Shown here one piece after another: positions 58,846-64,000 of a DNA stretch of 64,000 bases. The notes beneath the pieces were generated by a model, which saw nothing but the letters and a program-made list of their open reading frames with translations, ran no database searches and was not told where the DNA came from. This DNA comes from Lingula anatina (taxonomy: Eukaryota; Animalia; Brachiopoda): contig CM120640.1 in the NCBI GenBank assembly GCA_051362555.1, positions 56,212,788-56,276,787 on the forward strand, read 5' to 3'. The first letter of the stretch is position 1. Every line of letters begins with the position of its first letter. A program made the position numbers and the translations under genes.

Positions 58846-61800
58846 ATGGCTCAGGAAGAAAAAGACGGGGTAGCGGTAAGTTTACCTTTCGATGTAACCT
58901 ACTATCACATAGTCGACACATACTGATATTTGATATGATGAAATCCTTTTTGTGGATTTTAGAAATGTGTACAAGTTGAATAAATGCCAACAAAATGGGC
59001 TAAACATTCTATTTTTCAGCGTTAGAAGACATACTAATCTGTAAAACTTTTAGATGTGAATTAAATAGAAGCTTTACAAGTATATTAAGCATGCAAACTC
59101 ATAACTCAAAGTATCAGCGACCACCCGTGCATTTACGATGAGCTACTGGGGTAAATGTATTTCAGTGTAAACTTTAACCGTTACTGCGACAAACGCTACA
59201 GGAAGAAAAGTTTTGTTTAAATGAAAGTATGGGGTTCTTCCCATATATTTTTAAAAACAGTAATAAAAATGTTATTTTTTAACATTGCAGTTGAATCGAT
59301 TAAGTTTCTGTTTTATGTTGGAATATATCAAATTCATTGAAATATAAAGTATAAAGGTATATTGCAGAATCAAGGATTTGAAGCGTCCACGAATGACCTA
59401 GCCGGAGAAAAACCTGCAGAGCCAGGCCCCACAATTGTCGGAGACGGAGATAACGACTCTGACAATGGTGATGAAAATAAGGAACGTGGAAACTGGAGTG
59501 GGAAATTGGACTTCTTACTTTCCTGTCTCGGTTATGCCGTTGGGTTGGGAAATGTGTGGAGATTTCCTTATCTCTGTTACAAAAATGGCGGAGGTAATGT
59601 TAAGTTTATATTAACTTTCATCCATCAGATAAAAAGTCGATGGTTAGGAACCACTCACAAAGAATTTCAATGGAAAGGGGGAAAATACATAATTTGGGAA
59701 CCATGCAAAATATTTGCATGACCAAAGAGATGTTATTCAAAATTTCTGATTCTCCCATTAATTAATTCAATTCTTTTGTGTATTGTGAATGACCATACGT
59801 GTATGTAGTACACTCATCAGTCAGCGGGTTCGTTGTGGTAACAGACTCATGGTTTATTAGACGGATGAAAGAGACATTTGGTCTTGTGAGTGATATTGAG
59901 TCAGTTCCCACGCAAGGTGATTAGTATAGTTAAGTTTCGAGTGCTATGAACATAAATCATATGTTCGTATCTGAATTTTTTTTAAAGTTAGACATTGAAC
60001 TTACTCTTCCTATCTCGCAGCACATTCAAATACTTTTTTCCAAACTGATTTTTTGTGAACCAAATACCCGGTATACAATTATTTCCACCTATGAAAAAAA
60101 ATTATAATGATAATGAAACGGATGTTCAAAATAAATAATCGTTTTAACGACCCTCTTTAAGGGTTTTTGAAACTTGAATCGCCAAATAAAATTCTGTTAA
60201 TGGTGGGTTAGTTTATACTTCTAGTTTTATTAGATTTCTTCTTAGGTACCTCCAGGGATACATAAATTTTCTAAATTCTATCATAACTGTCAAGATGTGC
60301 AAAGGACAGGACCTATATAGAGTAAGGCCGTACTTGCGGCAAATTTGATGTGAATATTTTAGCAGCGAATGTCATATTATGTCAGTAAAATTTTTGCAGT
60401 AGACCTCGCACATTTACAGCTGTATGAAAGTACATGTAGATGTGTAAGTAGAAGTTTGATTTTTAAAATATTGAAAGTAAAGGGCACAGAGCTAAGTACC
60501 AGGAAGAAATCATTTTTAATGTTTACTCATACAGTGATAAGATTGTAACAAAGGCAGATTTTGGCATAACTAGAAATATTACAGTAATTGAAATCATTTT
60601 CCAGCGGCGTTCTTCATCCCGTATGTGATTATGTTATTTATGGTTGGAATGCCTATCTTCTTCCTCGAACTTGCCCTTGGTCAATTTTCCAGTAGCGGCC
60701 CACTAACTTGTTTCAAGCTGGCGCCTCTGTTTACAGGTATGTGTTGATTGACATTTATACAACTCTATTTTTATATGGCGATAAACGGAAGTATGAAGCA
60801 CCGTGTCCACCTTAAAGTAGGGTTGATATAAATTTGACACGATACGAACAGTTGGTCAGGATATTTTTTATCCCAATTCGTAAATTACTCCTTAAATTCG
60901 GTCGACACGCGACTCAGCCCGAGGAAGTGAGCCAAAGATAAGAAATATACCTGACTGGCGTACTGCATTTGTCGGAATTTAAGCAACTGGGTTGAGTACT
61001 TAACAGAAAATCTTTAATGTTCTTTGCAATATATTTTTGTAAAAGTAAAAATTCTTTTCTTGAGTTTCTAAATGCTGTAACAATCTATGTAAAGATTGTT
61101 ACAAGGATCGTCATATGTATTAGACCGATTTATGCATTCATTTTGTAGGAGTCGGATATGGCATGGTCATCGTGTCAGGGCTGGTAGCCATATATTACAA
61201 CATGATTATCGGCTGGTCCCTGTATTATCTGTTTGCCTCCTTTACCAGCGTGTTACCCTGGGACCATTGCGACCCTGCGTGGGCATCAGAGTGTAAGTCG
61301 GTATCTCTGCTAGGCCTTGGACATAATGTCCAAGGCTAGGCGGACGAGGCGGACCGCCATTAGTCAACTTCGTTCTATACTTGTTTCTTTTTCTAACAAT
61401 CCGCCTCCTTTTTTGTTATGAAAGGTGGTGATAAATCCTTTGTATTGAAGCGCTGTCGAATAGTTTATATTTCAATAAAATCCTTGCTATGCCCGGCATT
61501 TGTGTTATGTCGTAATGTTCCCTTATGCAATATGATTTATCAAATGTGGTAGGATATAGGCTTGGTACCTATTAGTGAACACAAACCGATCATTAAATTC
61601 CTTTGATTATTATATTTTCATACAATCACCCAATGTATCTTGATGAATTTTCAACACCAACAATCTCCATAGCTACATAACTTTTAGTGCTTGGTCGCCA
61701 GTGTGTGGAGGATAAACTTTACTTGACATTTTTCAAGCAAGGAGTTGTAACTCCTTGGTTCCAGTGACATTGTAATTTTGTTGTAGTGCGTAGTAGGCTG

Positions 61801-62548
61801 TCAAGCACGGAAATGATGACAATTATGTTCCTATGGATATCTACCACATAGACAAACCTCATCAAAAATTAATCATTGAAATTAAATTAACGGTCACACG
61901 TGTATCGTAGACCTGATTTTGTACAGAGTTATTTTGTATGCAAGTTAGGCCTCACATGCATGTTGGATTTTCTTTAGATTGCTTTGACTTTCTCCCAAAT
62001 GTCTTCAACTGTACGACCGATTTTGGGCTGGATGCATATGACAACGGCACGTGTTATAACGGTACTACACGGATTGGGATATGGAATGAAAGCCTGGCAA
62101 AAAACAACAGCATCAAACGTACCACAGCTAGCGAAGAATATCTGAAGTAACCATCCTATACGTTAATGCATTTTGTCGAATATCACAATATATATTGGAA
62201 AACTGAAAAGACCGAAAATAAGTCCAGCGACGATGCATTTTTACGACTAACGAAGTGATAATGTTTAAAGAAAACACATCTGTAGTCAGATAAGTAACAT
62301 AAATTAGACATATACCCGTGTTATCAACTTCTGTACATCTACAGTTACCTACCATGAATTGACCAGAAAAGTTTTCCGGAGCAATAACTTATTATTTGTC
62401 TTTAGCACGGTGGTGTTAGGATTGAACGATTCCCCTGGTATTCACGACCTAGGACCTATTCGCTGGCAGCTGGCTATGTGTTTGCTCCTAGCCTGGATCA
62501 TTGTCTTCTTTTGTCTAATAAAAGGCATAAAATCTTCTGGCAAGGTAA

Positions 62549-62603
<55 letters not shown>

Positions 62604-63937
62604 AACAAAATTTCTCCAAAACTAATTTGTTGAAACTGTAACTTTATGGCTATAATACAATGTCTATGCTATATACCAATTTTTCTAGCGTAACAAATGT
62701 TTTTTAATAGTTCTATACGCTTCCAGGTCGTCTATTTCACTGCTCTCTTCCCATATGCCGTACTTGTCATTCTGTTGATTCGTGGAGTTCTCCTGGAGGG
62801 GCATTTAAAGGGAATCACGTTTTACATTCTTGATCCAGATATTAGCAGACTGAAGGATGTGGAGGTTAGCTTTAAATTATGTGTTTTGCTACTAAGATAT
62901 CGTACTTTTGCTACTAATGAATAAATGAAAGGATTAAATGTCACGGGATTAAATGTCAGTTAAGTAATTTTAATTAAAAGATATTACGTCTTAGATTAAT
63001 TATTTTCAACTCTTAACGCTTTCTTTCCCCCCCCTCTCGCTACAAAGTATTTTTACCACTTTAGGTGTGGAAGGATGCTGCTGTGCAAATATTCTTCTCG
63101 CTGTCTGCGTGTTGGGGAGGGTTGATAACTCTCGCCAGCTACAATAAGTTCCACAACAACTGCCTTAGGTACGTATCTACAAAGATGGGGGGGGGGGGGG
63201 GGGGGGGGGGGATTGGGACGATATTACTCTTTGGACGTCCTCTCATCCGCTTTTTTACAATCTATTCATCTTTTTGATGATTCGGATTTCAAGATGACAT
63301 GTGTGCTGCAGTAAGTTTATTTTGATAATAAATCATATTGCATTTAAAAACAAAACATTCGTTAATTTTCAGAGATGCGATCATCGTTTCCTTAGGCAAC
63401 TGCTTAACCAGTTTCTTTGCTGGTTTTGTCATTTTCTCCTATATCGGTTTTTTGGCGGGGAAACTGAATGTATCCGTGGATGAAGTGGCCAGAAGTGGGC
63501 CCGGGTTGGCATTTGTTGTCTATCCAGAAGCCGTGGCCCTAATGCCAGTTGCACCACTTTGGGCAATACTCTTCTTTTTTATGCTTCTAACGCTGGGACT
63601 AGACAGTCAGGTAATTGTGGACTTACACAAAGAAAAAAGGTCTATTCTCGTAATTGAATAATTTTCTGTCCACAGTTGCAGTAAGTATGATGTTCTTTTT
63701 CGGTCTACTATTGCATTTCTTTTACATTATACAACGTACATCTCGCTCTCTCTCTCTCTCTCTCTCTTTATATATAAACCATGAATCATTTATATTTTTT
63801 ATCTATAGTTTACTTTGTTGGAAACCGTGGTGACGGCAGTTCTTGATACCTGGCCGAAAATTCGTCGCTGGAAACCTATTGTAGTGGGCGGGGTTTGTGT
63901 AATTGGCTACTTTCTAGGACTCACTATGTGCACAAAC
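58846..63937 (+). CDS. SLC6 Na+/Cl- dependent amino-acid transporter (glycine/proline subfamily, SLC6A5/7/9-like), 3' end beyond window
   Basis: Exons approx 58846-58875 ([10 protein letters not shown]), 59368-59593 ([36 protein letters not shown]), 60605-60736, 61149-61292, 61978-62146, 62406-62544, 62726-62863, 63065-63168 ([12 protein letters not shown]), 63373-63610 ([18 protein letters not shown]), 63809-63937. Confidence 0.93.
62552..62596. repeat. (CT)n microsatellite
   Basis: Direct reading; similar tracts at 53646-53674 and 63746-63768. Confidence 0.95.
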
Positions 63938-64000
63938 GTGAGTAGATATTGAAAGTAAGAAGACATTAAAACAAAATTATTGGATCTACGTATATTTGGA

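Overview
AT-rich, intron-rich animal genomic DNA, probably a lophotrochozoan such as a mollusc (taxon is an inference from gene structure and repeat types). Eight spliced or single-exon protein genes were reconstructed by hand: OSBPL9 (+, 5' end outside the window), a type-I membrane C-type lectin receptor (+), BLCAP (-), FBXO30/40 (+), ELP3 (+), TM9SF4 (-), RPS20 (+) and an SLC6 glycine/proline-type transporter (+, 3' end outside). Two head-to-head pairs are present (BLCAP/FBXO30 and TM9SF4/RPS20). Introns carry Helentron-associated elements (HINEs) with satellite arrays, Harbinger-type and other MITEs, and an RTE LINE fragment. The most striking observation is a 165-nt phase 1-1 exon, absent from the ORF track, that encodes an 8-Cys trefoil (P-type)-like module placed inside the C-type lectin domain. 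Other highlights: a candidate U12-type intron in RPS20, tandemly duplicated splice donors in TM9SF4 and ELP3, and a mobile satellite whose units carry a consensus DR1/PPRE nuclear-receptor element. Exon coordinates were read by eye and may be off by a few bases.
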